Assembly: GCA_038496445.1 (NCBI GenBank)
Contig: JALMLS010000195.1
Span: 1-64,000, forward strand
Reading direction: 5' to 3'
Source of the DNA: Trichosphaerium sp. ATCC 40318
Lineage: Eukaryota; Protista; Tubulinea
Length of the DNA stretch: 64,000 bases
Part shown: piece by piece, positions 25,147 through 37,915 of the stretch
How positions within the stretch are numbered: the stretch's first letter is position 1
Layout of the letters: every line of letters starts with the position of its first letter
Translations under genes and position numbers: made by a program
Notes under the pieces: model-generated
Told to the model about the DNA's origin: nothing
The model's database searches: none
What the model saw: the letters and a program-made list of their open reading frames with translations, nothing else

Positions 25147-26581
25147 ATGGTAAGCTACGCAACTTCTAAAGAACTCAAGTACGTCAACAATTTGTTTTTC
25201 GTGCTAGCTTTACGCCAACGGCATCTTTCGCGCTGCGGTTGCTCGAAAGTCAGTTTGTTTTTCCGTGGAAGGACGGAAAAACGTGGAGAATACTCGCTTT
25301 ACGCGTCTAATACGTTTTTTGCAGAAAAGGCGAAAGAAGACAGTTCTTGTCTCTAAAAAATCTTAAAGACGATTTACCCGTTCTGTTATTACCACCAGAA
25401 ATACAGCAATATATAGTGTCGCTTGACAAGGAAGTTTTTACCAAATGGTGCGTTTTAGAAATTGTTTTCGAATTTTTTTGAGAAATCTAAAAAAGTTCTC
25501 GAACATTTCGAACATGAAGTGCTACTTTCGCTAAAACCTTGTATTCTAAATAAATTGTTTTAGGTCCTTATTATCTAAGAAAGCAGCTACACGTACTCTT
25601 TTTAATGATTCTCTCGAAAAACATGGCACGTGGTTTCGCTGGCATGATAATGGTAAACTTGCTGTGAGAACACGTTTTATTGATTCTGAAGAAAACGGAG
25701 TTCGTCGCCATTGGTATAAGAATGGGGAACAGCAAGCAAAGTTTCGTATGGGAAACGGATTAAAGAATGGCTATGGCCGAACTTGGTATAGTAATGGAAC
25801 CTTAGCGACCATATACTCCTACAGAGAGGGAAAAGAAGACGGTTTATGTCAAGTATTCAACAAAGACGGTAAAATGACTCAAAAATTCACAAAGAAAAAT
25901 GGAGACTACCATGGCATTTATCAGCACTTTTACGATGATGGAAAACGTCATATACGTTGTAGAATGCGTAATGGTATGAGAAATGGTAAAACCAAACAAT
26001 GGTACAAGACAGGAGCGCTTCAAATGAAGTACTTTTCGAAAAACAATAAAAGAGAAGGCGTATTCAAAGAATGGCATGAGAACGGCCAACTGCGAGTACA
26101 AAAGTATTACAAACGTGATAAAGAAGAGGGTTTATGTGAGCAATGGCACTCAAATGGAGAAATACAAGAGCGATACACAGCAAAGAATAATAAGCCAGAA
26201 GGACAATATCAACAATTTCACGACAATGGTGTTCTTTCGAGACAATGTACTTACTACAATGGTAAAAAAGAAGGTGATTTGAAATGGTGGTATAGTAGTG
26301 GTAATATCAAAGGCACGTGTTTTATGAGGAGTGATGAAAAGAATGGATTACAACAGGTCTGGTATGATAATGGCCAAATAAAATCGTCTGTTATTTATAG
26401 GAAAGGAAAACGTTCCAACACTTTCAAGACATGGCATCTTAATGGACAACTTGCTTCACAATGTAATTATAAAGATGGTAAAAAAGAGGGAACACTTCAA
26501 CGTTGGAGACCTGATGGCGAGTTGAGTCTTAAATGTATTATGAAAGAAGATGTTGAAGTAAAAGTGCTTCTTAGATTGTAA
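25147..26581 (+). CDS. F-box-like + MORN-variant repeat protein, copy 2 (5' introns; start inferred)
   Basis: LLLPPEIQQYIVSLD..W|SLLSKKAATRTLFNDSLEKHGTW spliced to ORF 25664-26581 with ~12 repeats. Confidence 0.8.
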
Positions 26582-27355
26582 AACAAATAAACATGAACTT
26601 GTTCAGCGACCCTTACAATTTATTCTTCATCAATGGTAACAAGTGCCTTCGAAAACGTGAGTGTGAAATGCAATCCCATTTTGGACCCTTGAATAAATAC
26701 TTTATAGTACACAAGCGGGAGGTGCTGTGTTGATATTCTCGTTCTACCTTTGATTATACTCCGTTTCCTACAATGTGCATAGAACTGAAAACATACATGA
26801 ACATAAGAATTACTCAGAGATATTGTTTAGTACTTATTTATTTGTTGTTAAGTAACATTTACGCTTTGACTGACAAAGAACCAATCTGTTTAGTGTTAAT
26901 CACATTTCAGTACTGCAGGCTGTCGCTTCTGAAGATACTTTTGGAGGATATCACAGCATTAATTGTACGTTTAGTTAAACCCATGATACAAACTTTGTCA
27001 GTTGAGCGACGATTTAATCAACAAACTGTTTCTTTCGCGTGCTGGCCTCCAAACGAGTATCAATTTAAGTCTCAAAACTGATTTACAGTCTACCACACTA
27101 TACTACGCGTTTATTCCTATCTATCCTGTTAAAACGTATTCTCTCGTTACTACAGAGGGTTACGCATTGTTTTTCTTGTTTTTCTCTTAGCAGCACGTGC
27201 AGCTTTTAAATTTTTTTTTGTTAGCGAAGATTTCTACGTAATATACCGTTCTCAAGACCTTGAAACAAAAGTTCTACGTGTGATAAAGTGCGTTATTGTT
27301 TAACTATGATTCATTTTACAACCTTACTTTGAAACAAGAGACAAAGAAATCCATC

Positions 27356-28282
27356 ATGTCAAGACAACAGGATACCTTTTTAGATACACCTCCAGAAATT
27401 CTTGCAATTATTTTCAAGTTTATGGGAAAAAGAAGTCAGATAGCATCTTCATTCACATGCAAACTGTTATTTGATGTAATCCAGAATCATGTTGGTTATC
27501 ATTGTATTAGAATATCAAATACTGTAAAACACAAACTAGATATACTGTCCGGTAGTCCACTGTTAAAAAATACTAAAATTATTTTACGATTATACAGAGC
27601 AACAGATGAAGACCTTTCCAAACTTGCTGGTGTCCGTAACCTTGTTCTAAGATGTACTTTTTACACCCGCCCTATAAAAATAACACCAAATGGATTCAAG
27701 GCACTCGCTGGTGTCCATACAATTGACCTGAATCGAAGAGAAACCAGACGACGTTCTTTTATTGCACTTGATTATGTAACAGATGATTGTCTTAAACAAC
27801 TTCATGGTGTTCACACGATTGACCTAGGGTACTGTTGTAAAATAACGGACGAAGGCCTTAAAGCTCTTTCTGGTGTTCATACAATAAACTTGAGTGGATA
27901 CAACACTGATATAACTGTAGAGGGTTATAAGGCTCTATCAGGTGTTCATACAATTAATCTTTGCAGTGCTCCAATAGAGGACGATGGATTGTTGGCATTG
28001 TCAGGAGTCAAAAGTATTGTATTGAGGTACTGTGAAAGAATAACAAGCAAAGGTATCATGGGCCTTGTTGGCGCTTTTAGCATTGATTTGACTGGTTGTG
28101 AAGGTATTTGTGATAAAGGTATTAACTACTTATTGGATCAAGATGAAAAAAAAAAGTTCTTAAAGAAGTTGTATATTCGCTATTGTAGTAAGATTTCAAG
28201 AGATGTTACCAGACGCGTTGTAAATAATGTACCTCAATATGAAGTCACAACGGATAAAAAAATGTATCACCTGCAATTGTAA
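27356..28282 (+). CDS. F-box + leucine-rich repeat protein, intronless
   Basis: FLDTPPEILAIIFKFM...FTCK F-box; repeats ITDEGLKALSGVHTINL. Confidence 0.85.
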   Translation: MSRQQDTFLDTPPEILAIIFKFMGKRSQIASSFTCKLLFDVIQNHVGYHCIRISNTVKHKLDILSGSPLLKNTKIILRLYRATDEDLSKLAGVRNLVLRCTFYTRPIKITPNGFKALAGVHTIDLNRRETRRRSFIALDYVTDDCLKQLHGVHTIDLGYCCKITDEGLKALSGVHTINLSGYNTDITVEGYKALSGVHTINLCSAPIEDDGLLALSGVKSIVLRYCERITSKGIMGLVGAFSIDLTGCEGICDKGINYLLDQDEKKKFLKKLYIRYCSKISRDVTRRVVNNVPQYEVTTDKKMYHLQL

Positions 28283-28981
28283 AGAATAAAGGTGTACTTT
28301 ACTTTTTTTTTAAAAACACGATATTACTTACCATTGGTTGTTTGAGCTATCTGTTTTCAAGGTTCAGTTTACTTTACTCTTAATGCCATATTTGGCGATT
28401 ATGGCATTAGTATAACGTTGTTTAGTCTACAACTAAATGAAACAAACAAAGTAGTACTTCAGTGTCGTTTCCAGTACACATAATTTCTCGAGAAAACTCG
28501 AACTTTTTTGAGCCTTTTTTAACAATAAGAGAATATCTGAAAAGATGAGTTTATCAAGCCAATATTGAACGAATTGATATGAATCCGAACAAGCAAACAA
28601 TGCCTTTTTTCTTGAGTGTAGTCTCTGGAGAAACTCGGAACTTTTGGAACTAAGACTGTTCAAATTAAAAAAAAGGGTACTACATGTTAATAACGTGTTA
28701 TTTCAAGTGGAAATACTTGAGTTTTATTTTCTGTTTCCACAGTTGACAAGAGTGATAACACTTTGTTTCCTTATTTTCTCGCTAGGAAACAAACTTAGTA
28801 CTAAGCTATTGTTGCAAATCTGAGTGCAAGCAACCTAGAACACTGTTTTGTAACCAAAATGCATCTTGCATTTTTTTTCTATCACGTGATAGTGTATTCC
28901 CTAAAATGCACTTACAGTGGTTCACAAAAATTCCTAAACAGTCTATTCACTTTAGTATCAACCCTACAAGCAACAACTCCA

Positions 28982-29599
28982 ATGCTTTTTAAACACGAGT
29001 TAGCTATCGTTTTACTGTTGTCTGTGATTGCAACAGTTTTATCAACCTCTTGTGCGCGTGAGCGCAATGAACGCAGAAGCTCAAATTCGAATGCTGAAAC
29101 AGCAGAACTACCAACAAATGGAACGGCTCCATCAATAAATGCCACTTTCCCTCCAACTGCACCATCGAATGGAACATTTGCTCCATACGCATCAAACACT
29201 ACATCTCCACCGTCAACTAATGGCACATTCCCTCCATACGCATCAAACAGTACATACCCACCATCAACTAATGGCACATTTCCTCCATACACCAACGGTA
29301 CCTTTCCACCATCAATGAATGGCACTTTTCCGCCGTCAACAAATGGCACGTTCCCACCTTCAACAAACGGCACCTTTCCTCCATACGCATCACCACCATC
29401 AAACAGCACTTTCCCTCCAGCAACAAATGCTCCTCAAGAGCCTCAACCGTACTTTTGTATTTGTTGTATTGTAACATTTCCTCTTCCACCTTTTGGATCT
29501 AAAGCGAACTGCCATATGGTTAACTTCTTGCGATACAGAGATTATGCAGATAGAGGATTTTACTGTACTTGCTACCGCACACCTGGAGTAGAATACTGA
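28982..29599 (+). CDS. secreted repetitive glycoprotein with Cys-rich C-terminus, intronless
   Basis: Signal peptide MLFKHELAIVLLLSVIATVLS; (NGTFPPST)-type repeats; CICC..C..CTC tail. Confidence 0.8.
   Translation: MLFKHELAIVLLLSVIATVLSTSCARERNERRSSNSNAETAELPTNGTAPSINATFPPTAPSNGTFAPYASNTTSPPSTNGTFPPYASNSTYPPSTNGTFPPYTNGTFPPSMNGTFPPSTNGTFPPSTNGTFPPYASPPSNSTFPPATNAPQEPQPYFCICCIVTFPLPPFGSKANCHMVNFLRYRDYADRGFYCTCYRTPGVEY
29117..29425 (+). repeat. coding tandem repeat, ~24-27 bp unit (N-x-T-F-P-P)
   Basis: About 12 degenerate copies of aa(t/c)ggcac(a/c/t/g)tt(t/c)cc(t/a/g)cc. Confidence 0.85.
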
Positions 29600-30963
29600 T
29601 AATGCAAATAAATGAGATTGCTTAGTTGTCATGCGCAGCAAACTTTCGAACATTCCGCACCCTCACTGCGCCTTTTGTTTGTTTCTTTATCATAACGTTC
29701 CTAAAAGTAATTACAAACAAAAGGGCTTGAAATAACAATACAATATAGAGGGTGTACAAAGTTTTATTTGACTAGCACGGCAATTATTGCAACAAAATTT
29801 GCTCGCCTTTTTGAAAATCAATAGCAAAGAACCACAAAAAGTGGCACGTGAAATACATAATATTGATAAAGTACAATAACATACAAACCCAACCATCAAA
29901 AGAAACTCACGTCATTTTATTAGGTAAATGTTTTTTGCTTCAGGGAGTCAAGGCGAGTGTATTAATTACAACTCCGTTTACATTGTATTGGCATTGACCA
30001 CAACTGTCTAGCACTGCTGAAAGTGGTACAATCTCCTCATAAAACTGTTTCACACAGTGTCCCATACTTTGTAGAGCAAGCGTGCTACAAACATGTAGTG
30101 AGTTTTCACCGGAGTAAGCAGACCCAGTAGTGTACCTCAGAGCATTATAAAACAACTTCCTATCGGAGCGCTTTTAGTTTTTTTTCACTTTTTCTTTCTG
30201 GCTGTTGTTTCCCGGTCGCTCTAATACGAACCTACGCTTGCATACAAGAATAACACCTGTGAAAAAGGAAAGATAAACTTCGGGGGTGGTGCGTAGAGAT
30301 CTTTTTTTGCTACGAAGTTCAATACACACGTCACGTGATGATGATTACGTCACACTGGAGTCCTGCTTATTAATTATTGAAATGAATAGACACGTTTCCT
30401 TACACAAAGCAACTCCGAAGCGATGGCATACAAGCTACACATGTATAGACATAGGCATGTATTCAGACGAAAACTTCAGCAGTAAAGAAAAAAATACTGC
30501 GGTTCATCCACCCTTTCGCAGTACTCTACTAACACTTATCCGAACCACAGGTACGTTTATAGTAAAGAAATTCTTTTTAATAAGCTAAAAGCCATAAAAC
30601 GCCTTCAAACCTGAAAGAGGGCACTTCCTCGTACTCTTCTGCTCGAAACGTTTTGACACGTGCTTTTTTTTTTTTCAATTGAACAAAAAACTAATCAACA
30701 AATCACCTTGCCATATAGCCTTTGTCTCTGCAAAAAAACTTAGTAGTAGTGTACATTGTTATCATAATAATAGAAACACAATTGTAAACACCGACGAGGT
30801 CCCGGCGTTGCCGAAAAAGAAATTGTTGTGAGCTTATTCTAACTGTAACAGTACATGCCCCAAACAGGTTTTTTATGGTCCTAGCGTAGAGTGAGTAGCC
30901 CGTGTTCAGTGATAACACATTGAGTAAAAAAGTCAAAAAAAACAATACAAAAAAACGTTCCCA

Positions 30964-31685
30964 ATGATGACCACACGTCCTCAAAAAGAGCTAAAACTTA
31001 GAAAATGCCTATGTCTTGACTTTGCTAATGAGAAAGGGCAGTATTACAGTCAAATACCTCTTAAAGTAAGGAGAAATAGAGTATCAAACAATACACTAAG
31101 AACCGTAATTGACTCTCACATGGCTCATAAATTAACGTTTGATATTGGCGTTGGAATACGAACAGATCCAGTACAAGTACGTTTTTTTCAAAAACACAGA
31201 CGACTTAAAACAAACAACTGCTGAGTAGCTATATAAAGTACTGCTGTATGAACGAGTATTTTCTTACTGGTCCTTTACTCAGTACCATAAAAGTTAATCT
31301 ACAAGTTTGTACTCAGGTCTTTTCTTCTTTATTTAACCGAAAAAACAATACCATGGCGTATAAACTTACTTTGTCATCGAAAGAAGTCCACGTGAAAGCC
31401 ATTTCCTATTTTATTTTTCTTGCAGTACTTTGTACTCATTGCTCTTCTTAGATACCTAAGCAATTAGAGAGAGTTGTTTTTGATCAAGACGCAAATCTTA
31501 TATCAGAAGATATTTGTGTAAAGGATGTTAAAACAGACTACTTATACGTTGCTCCACGATCTATACTAGCGAACAAGGACTTCAAATTACTCAGAAAATC
31601 TCCTACTGGTTACTCACATAAAAAGACACGGCCTACGAATTCTGGGTTGAACGCAATGCTTAAGAAGTTTAAACGCGCATGGTAG
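30964..31685 (+). CDS. hypothetical protein, possibly with a ubiquitin-like fold
   Basis: Spliced model with an 11-nt microexon gives ..NNTLRTIQYNTIKVNLQVCTQIPKQLERVVFDQDANLISED..LYVAPR, reminiscent of Ubl TIK..IP..QRLIF. Confidence 0.4.
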
Positions 31686-32188
31686 CAATCTACAAAAAAA
31701 AACCAAACCCCAACAAGCGAGAACGCAACGCTGAAACGAAGATCGTTTCACAATTTTTTTGAATTCTCTTCCTCTCTCGCTACGTGTAAAAACTACTGTA
31801 AATACAAAATAAGAAGCGCAGAAGGCGCTGTAAAATATATATAATCTCAAACCAAAAAAAGACTATGCTTCGTTGTGGTTTGGGAAGCGAGTAAAAAAAA
31901 AAATTTATAAATGTGAAGAATGATGGCGCTAGTATAATGTTTTCACGTGCCATACTACCTCACAAGCATTTTAAATTCAAGTACACATAAGACAGTCTCA
32001 GTACTTGTACTGCAAACTAACTGTTCACTTGTGTACTATTCAGTAAGTATTTTATCTCTGAACAAGGCCAGAGACGAAGAAAACAAACAAAAAATACCTC
32101 GTGGGCATACAGCGTTTTGTTTTCTGTAAAAAGGATAGTTTTATTTTGTTTCAATTTTTTTCGCTTACGCCACGTGTTTTTTTTTTGT

Positions 32189-33027
32189 TTAGAGTTCGTC
32201 AGAGCCAACCATATCATCATGGAAGATGTAAATAGCGCCTAGCTTTGCACCAGTGAAACCGTCTTTGTTTTTCACTACAAAAGGCCTTTAGAGCGGTTTT
32301 AAAATTTTTTTGATTTCTTTTCGGTTGAAAAACTGCTAGAACAATATAAAACTTGGTTCAGACGCGTCAACGTGGTGTTTGCTTGCGTTTGATTGTCATC
32401 ACAGCGTTAAATAAGCATAAAAAAAAGCTTTGGTACGTACAGACATCAAAATCGATATCATGTTCAACGTCTTCGCCGATCATGGACTATTTTAAACATT
32501 AGCGCATAAAAAGAACGTAGTTGTTTAATCGTACCACTACTTCACCTCCTGAGATCGCGACGCCATGGAAGTCAGCTTTAAAGCTTGTGAACTTGATTTG
32601 AGACTCGATTGGCCTATACCGTTAAATAAGAAACAAAATCTCCAGATTGGCAGATTGCGACGTACGAGTAAGCTTCACAATGAATATCTGACTCGTTTAC
32701 TTCCAATTCGACAATCCACTCTAATTGTGAGTTAAATTCAGCTATTTGCATTTCTTTTCGTTTACCTTCTTCATCTGCGCCTTCTGCTGCGTCCCACGAG
32801 ATGGTACATTTAGTATCATCTACTTCCATAGATACTGTTCCTGCTTGGCCAGCTACTATCTTGAACGCTTTATGAGGGATATCCACTTCTTCTGCTTCGT
32901 GAGAGTGGCCGTGGTCGTATCCATCATGAGAATGACCATGCTCGCCGTGATCATGCTCACCGTGCTCATGGGCGAAAGAGATAGCGAGAACGCAAAGCAC
33001 CAACGTTACACAAAGAAGAGAACGCAT
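32189..33027 (-). CDS. MYDGF/C19orf10-like ER-lumen protein with a His-rich N-terminal arm
   Basis: Signal peptide; core AFKIVAG..KCTISW..EEWIVEL..HCEAY..RPIESQIKFTSFKADFHG parallels MYDGF; last exon ends GSDEL* (KDEL-like). Confidence 0.7.
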
Positions 33028-33314
33028 ACGTGTCAGTTTTTTTATTGAATTGAAAAAAAAAAAGCCTTAATTGTACTGTTGAAGACTTAACATGCGTAAC
33101 GGCTGACGTGGGTAGGCATTAAACCGAGAATCAGTAAGCTATTCTGAGCACGTGACGTTAAACCGTCGCTTTCAAGTAGTTTTGGTACGCGTTCCTAGTG
33201 ACGCGTTGGGGTACCATGCGGTGAGGTAATTTTTGCTAAATTCTCAGCAGAGTTTCTATGAAACGCCGACGTCAGTATCTACACCCATTTCAATTATTCC
33301 TATTGTTACTTTAC

Positions 33315-33926
33315 ATGGGTGGCGTAGTAGCAAAGGTTAAGTGGCTTTTTGGGATGGCTCCATTGGAATGCCGTATTATAATGTTAGGACTAGACAATGC
33401 AGGTGACGTTGATCTTGGGACGTTTTAAACAGCTCACGTAGAACTTGTAGGTAAAACTACCATCCTTTACAAGTTAAAACTCGGAAAAGTCGTTACAACG
33501 ATACCTAGCATCGGTTTTAACGTAGAAACGGTAGAATACAATAAAATAAACTTTACAATGTGGGATATAGGCCACAGTGGACGAAACAAATCGCGGTTAT
33601 TATGGCGCCACTACTACGCTAACACAAACGCTATAATATACGTTATCAACTCTGCTGCTTTAGATCGTATTGAAGAGTCAAGAGAAGCAATAGATGGTTT
33701 GCTTAACGAACATGAACTACGAGACGCTGTTTTGCTTGTTCTCGCTAATAAGCAAGATCTACAAAATGCAATGAGTCCCTCAGAAATAGTGGATAAACTC
33801 GGACTTAAGCGTTTATGTACCAGGAAGTGGCATATTCAAGCCACTTGTGCAATAAATGGTGATGGGCTATACGAGGGATTGGAGTGGCTAACTAATGAAC
33901 TACGGAATCCTCTCCAAAACAATTAA
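33315..33926 (+). CDS. Arf-family small GTPase (atypical switch II), 1 intron
   Basis: MG start, [56 protein letters not shown]. Confidence 0.92.
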
Positions 33927-34185
33927 ATACAACATTTTTCAAATTGGAAGGTATGCACAAGACATAATGAAGTACTACCACCTACAAGATTCAGTTATGT
34001 AATGATAATCTGCTTAGATATAATAAATTATTATTACGTAACAACTTGTATTCAACACGTGTCATTATTGTAAAAGAGTTGCATAATGGTTTTGAACTAA
34101 AAATAAAAACCTAACTAATAAAACACTGTGCTTTTATTATTTGTGGAAATTGATGTTTGTTGTCTTTATCTTATTATCTGGTTCT

Positions 34186-37100
34186 TTAACCATAATATTC
34201 TGATTTTTCTTTAAAAGTGGTAAATGGTGTCCAAGTTTCTGTATCCAACATCTTCATATACTCCTGCGCCTTAACATGTAAAGGTTGTTGTGTTTGTGCT
34301 TTTGGCAAATCTGAATGATTAATTTTAAATATCTTTTGTCCTGTTATCCGTTTGATGATCGCTTGTTCTTCCTTGTTTACTCCATATTGAAAGAAGTTTA
34401 TCTATAATCATTTATGAGTCATATACACAGTGTACAATGGCTGTACCATTTTGATGTGAGGACAATTCTTTTCAATCTGATTCAATGTCACTGAAGTAAA
34501 ACGTGTACTAGGCAGATGCAAAAATGATAAAGAAGGAAATGGAAAGTTATCAGAAGGTCCTATGAACAAGCTGTCGTCAAGTGCATTTCCAAAAAGCAAC
34601 ATTGTCTTGAGATTATGCATAGGTGTACTACCCCAAGTAATGGTGGTAACCTTTTGAGAATAGTGCAAAGATAGAAAGCATAACTGAGGCGTCTTTAATG
34701 CTACAGTTGTAGTATTAATAGATCTCAGTTCTACAAGTTATGTGAGTAACAATAATGTTGAATTGATTACATACCTAACGTTTTGAGACTTGTACTGGAA
34801 ATGAACATTTCAGATCCACAATCAACACCTTCAATGATGAGCGTTTCAAGTTTTGTAAGTTTTTTGATTGCTCGGCATTTATAATGAGAAGTGTTTTTGA
34901 TCTCAAGGTGTCTTATATTTCTTGTTCTCTGTGAAAACGCAGGAAATACAGTTTGTGAAATATACAGTTCTTTCTATATCCAGTGTTAAATTGCACAAGG
35001 TTGTGTAAGAATTAACATACCAGTGATGGACAATCTACAGTTGAAAACGGATACTTTTCTTTGTTTGAGTCACTGGTAGATTTTCTTACTTTAATGTACT
35101 CAATTTTATCATGAGACACTGACCAATTATACCTGTCATTACTGAAAGTGAGGTACTTGACAGTTGGAAAGTTATTAACATTGCAAACACCATCTCCATC
35201 TTCCAATGAAATAGCTTCTAATGATAGCAACGCAGGAGTACTAATGGGTTCTTCATTGTGCACTAGTGACTTCAAGTGAACAACTTTGAGTGATGGCGGG
35301 AGCATATTTGAAGTGTAAAACAGCTCTTTTAATTGTAAATACGACTGCAGAGCAAATGTAAATGAGCCAATCTGTAACTCTGGATAATTTGTGTCCAAAA
35401 TATGCTGTAACACATGCACCTTCCTAAGATGAGGTGTGCTAAGCTTTCTCTACAAAACATAAGAGTCAATAGATAGGTTAATAGTGTTTAGTAACCTACA
35501 AGCTCTGGACAGTAGTCACAGTCAAAAATCTGAAGTGTATTCGATTCAATACATTCTGGTAGTTGACTTTGTCTTACTTGCAATATTTTAAGTTTGTTAA
35601 TGATCTCAGGAAATGCCTATAAATACAACAGTATTAGATGTTATACCATGTTGGTGTAAAAGTAACACACCTGTACCAAGGCATCACAGTAAATATTATA
35701 AAGTGAGAGTACAGTCAGATTAGGTACTGTAAACTGTGCTATTATGGCTTCATCACAAGCAGAAATCTTCAATGCTCTAAATATTCTTTAGATTAAAGTG
35801 AATGGTGAATCAAGGATACTTACGTTACTTGTGGTAGAATCAATTTATGACCACCGTCTGCTTCATTATTCAAATGGAATTGAAGTGTCTTTAGGTTTGA
35901 CATTTTTTGGAATGAAGCAAGCATTGATTTTTGACTTATTGTCATGCGTCTGGTATTTAGCTCTAGGCTAACCAATCTTTGAGTTTGGTGAGTAATCATT
36001 AAGTCAAAAACAAGGAATACTTACTCCTTCAAATCAAGCTGTCTGAATAGATCGTTATTTGTGGTATTTGTGGTGCACACCAAGCGTTTCAAACGTTGCA
36101 ATTGCCTATTGTTATAAACATATTGTTGGTTGTTGCCAAGGATTGTATTGTACTGCCTGCTATATTCAAGGAGTTTGTTGCCCAAAGGAGTCTCGCTGAA
36201 AATCCTAAGGTAAATGATAGGGCACTTGGCCATTACTTCATCAAGCCAACCAAAAGAAGTCTTGAAAAAAGTAAGTAATAAAAGGTAGTTTTCTTACTGT
36301 ACAATAGTTGGTGTGACTACAAAGTCCTTAATTGTCTATTACTCATTAGAACGTATACACATAAAATCTCATTAGTTGGATATATGACATTGCTGGTAGT
36401 CTTGAGAGCAATCAACAGATTTTGTTGACTAAACGTACCAGCGATTCAAGGTGTTTAAATTCTGCTGCAATTTCACTAAACAATTCCACGACTCTTTTAC
36501 TTTCCCTTGTAATACATACAGCTTTAATTGATTGTTTGTCCAAGTCTTTGGTAGCAGCTTCAATTACGCGTTTTGCAACTGCAATTCTACCTCCTCCTAT
36601 ACGTACTTTAACAAGGGATTGCAGTTAAAAACGTAATACCTGAAATAGTGACACTTTTAAAGAGGTATCTTTGGCATATCTCAAGCCAGTATTGACATGT
36701 TAATTTACATGCTTCGTGATCATAAAGAGTTAGAAAGCTTAATATGTGGATAATCACTTCCAATGGTACTTTGTCATTTACCTTGTGAACACAAGTTAGT
36801 TGAGAATAACAATCACGCTAACATACACTTAATGTCTCTGAACTTGCTAAAGCGTTTTGCGTTCTCTTGGTAGATGGCTGTTGGTCTACATCTGAAGTTG
36901 TCAAAGTTGCATCTGTTGAAGTTTGATGTTTTCTCTTTGGGGATAGTGGTGATGCTGTTTTGTTCTTTACTTGTTGCTTCTACAAACGTTCTATTAAACA
37001 CTTTTGATTGCACGTGATAAAAAAAAAGGAAGTTAAAGCTCTTAAACCGTTGATTACAAAAACTAAACTGAAGACACTACGCACAGGTATGCTAAAGACT

Positions 37101-37411
37101 TGTATTTGCTTCGAATAGAGGATATTCCGTAGTTTAGAGATCTCAAGCAAAAGAGCTTGTTGTAAACCTACTGCAACGTTAAAAAACACGTGCGTACGCG
37201 TTTTAAGCGCGTGCTAGGGTTAATTGACATTGTTTCACTTATTTTGGTAGTCGTTAACTCCATCAGTTCTTTTCCGTTTAATTCTAGCCTCCTTATCTCT
37301 ATTAGTTCCTATTAAATAATGAACAACGTACTTTGCTTCACTTGAGAGTTCTCCAAGACCCACGCTTTCTAGCCATCCGCATACCTCGTCTGCGGTCCAA
37401 TACCTGTCCAT
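34186..37411 (-). CDS. SAM + F-box + LRR-like protein, paralog A
   Basis: MDRYWTADEVCGWLESVGL..LELNGKELMELT (SAM); KVPLEVIIHILSFL...CKLTCQYWLEIC (F-box); LRR-like exons; exon structure shared with 60860-63997. Confidence 0.8.
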
Positions 37412-37794
37412 GCGATCAACCCTTACTTGCCCAGTGCGTTTTGTGGATTGGCGAAAGCTGTTGACAGCACGTGATAACACATCTTTGTTGGCATCTAAGC
37501 ACATATCATGTCTCTTATGTACTAAAAATGGCGCACTTGTTTATTGTATGTAGCGTCTAACGAACGGTGTTCTGCGATAATAAATCCGATTCTTTTTGCA
37601 CACTTAGTTTGCATTTCGAATAATGACAACAGTTTAGAGTCTTGATTTTCCAGTTACAAACCGGTCAACTGTTTAGACTCTTAAAGCCGGTTATCTTCGA
37701 CTTCTTAGCGACTACGATTTTGTGAAATACTACTAAACATGCGGTGGCAATGGCAAACTGTAGCAAAAATCTACTCAGTACTATTAGCTTTCAA

Positions 37795-37915
37795 TACAAT
37801 CACCACCTCCAACAAATACTCCTCCAACGCTACCTCCAACAACTCTTCCACCAACAACACTACCTCCAACTAATACTCCAACAGTAGTATCCCAACAATA
37901 TCTCCATCAACAGGT
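37795..37915 (+). pseudogene. Pro/Thr-rich repeat remnant (PPTNTPPTLPPTTLPP) within stop-interrupted sequence
   Basis: cctccaac/ccaccaac repeats; flanking frames contain stops; no intact model found. Confidence 0.35.

Noticed and set aside
28912-29409. 165-aa minus-strand repetitive ORF
   Set aside because: Antisense shadow of the NGTFPP repeat gene
29940-30588. Possible small minus-strand gene
   Set aside because: Could not build a start-to-stop model or assign any motif
33180-33250. Hairpin plus AATTTTTG Sm-like site as an snRNA
   Set aside because: No U1/U2/U4/U11/U12 signature sequence; lies in a short divergent promoter/5' UTR region
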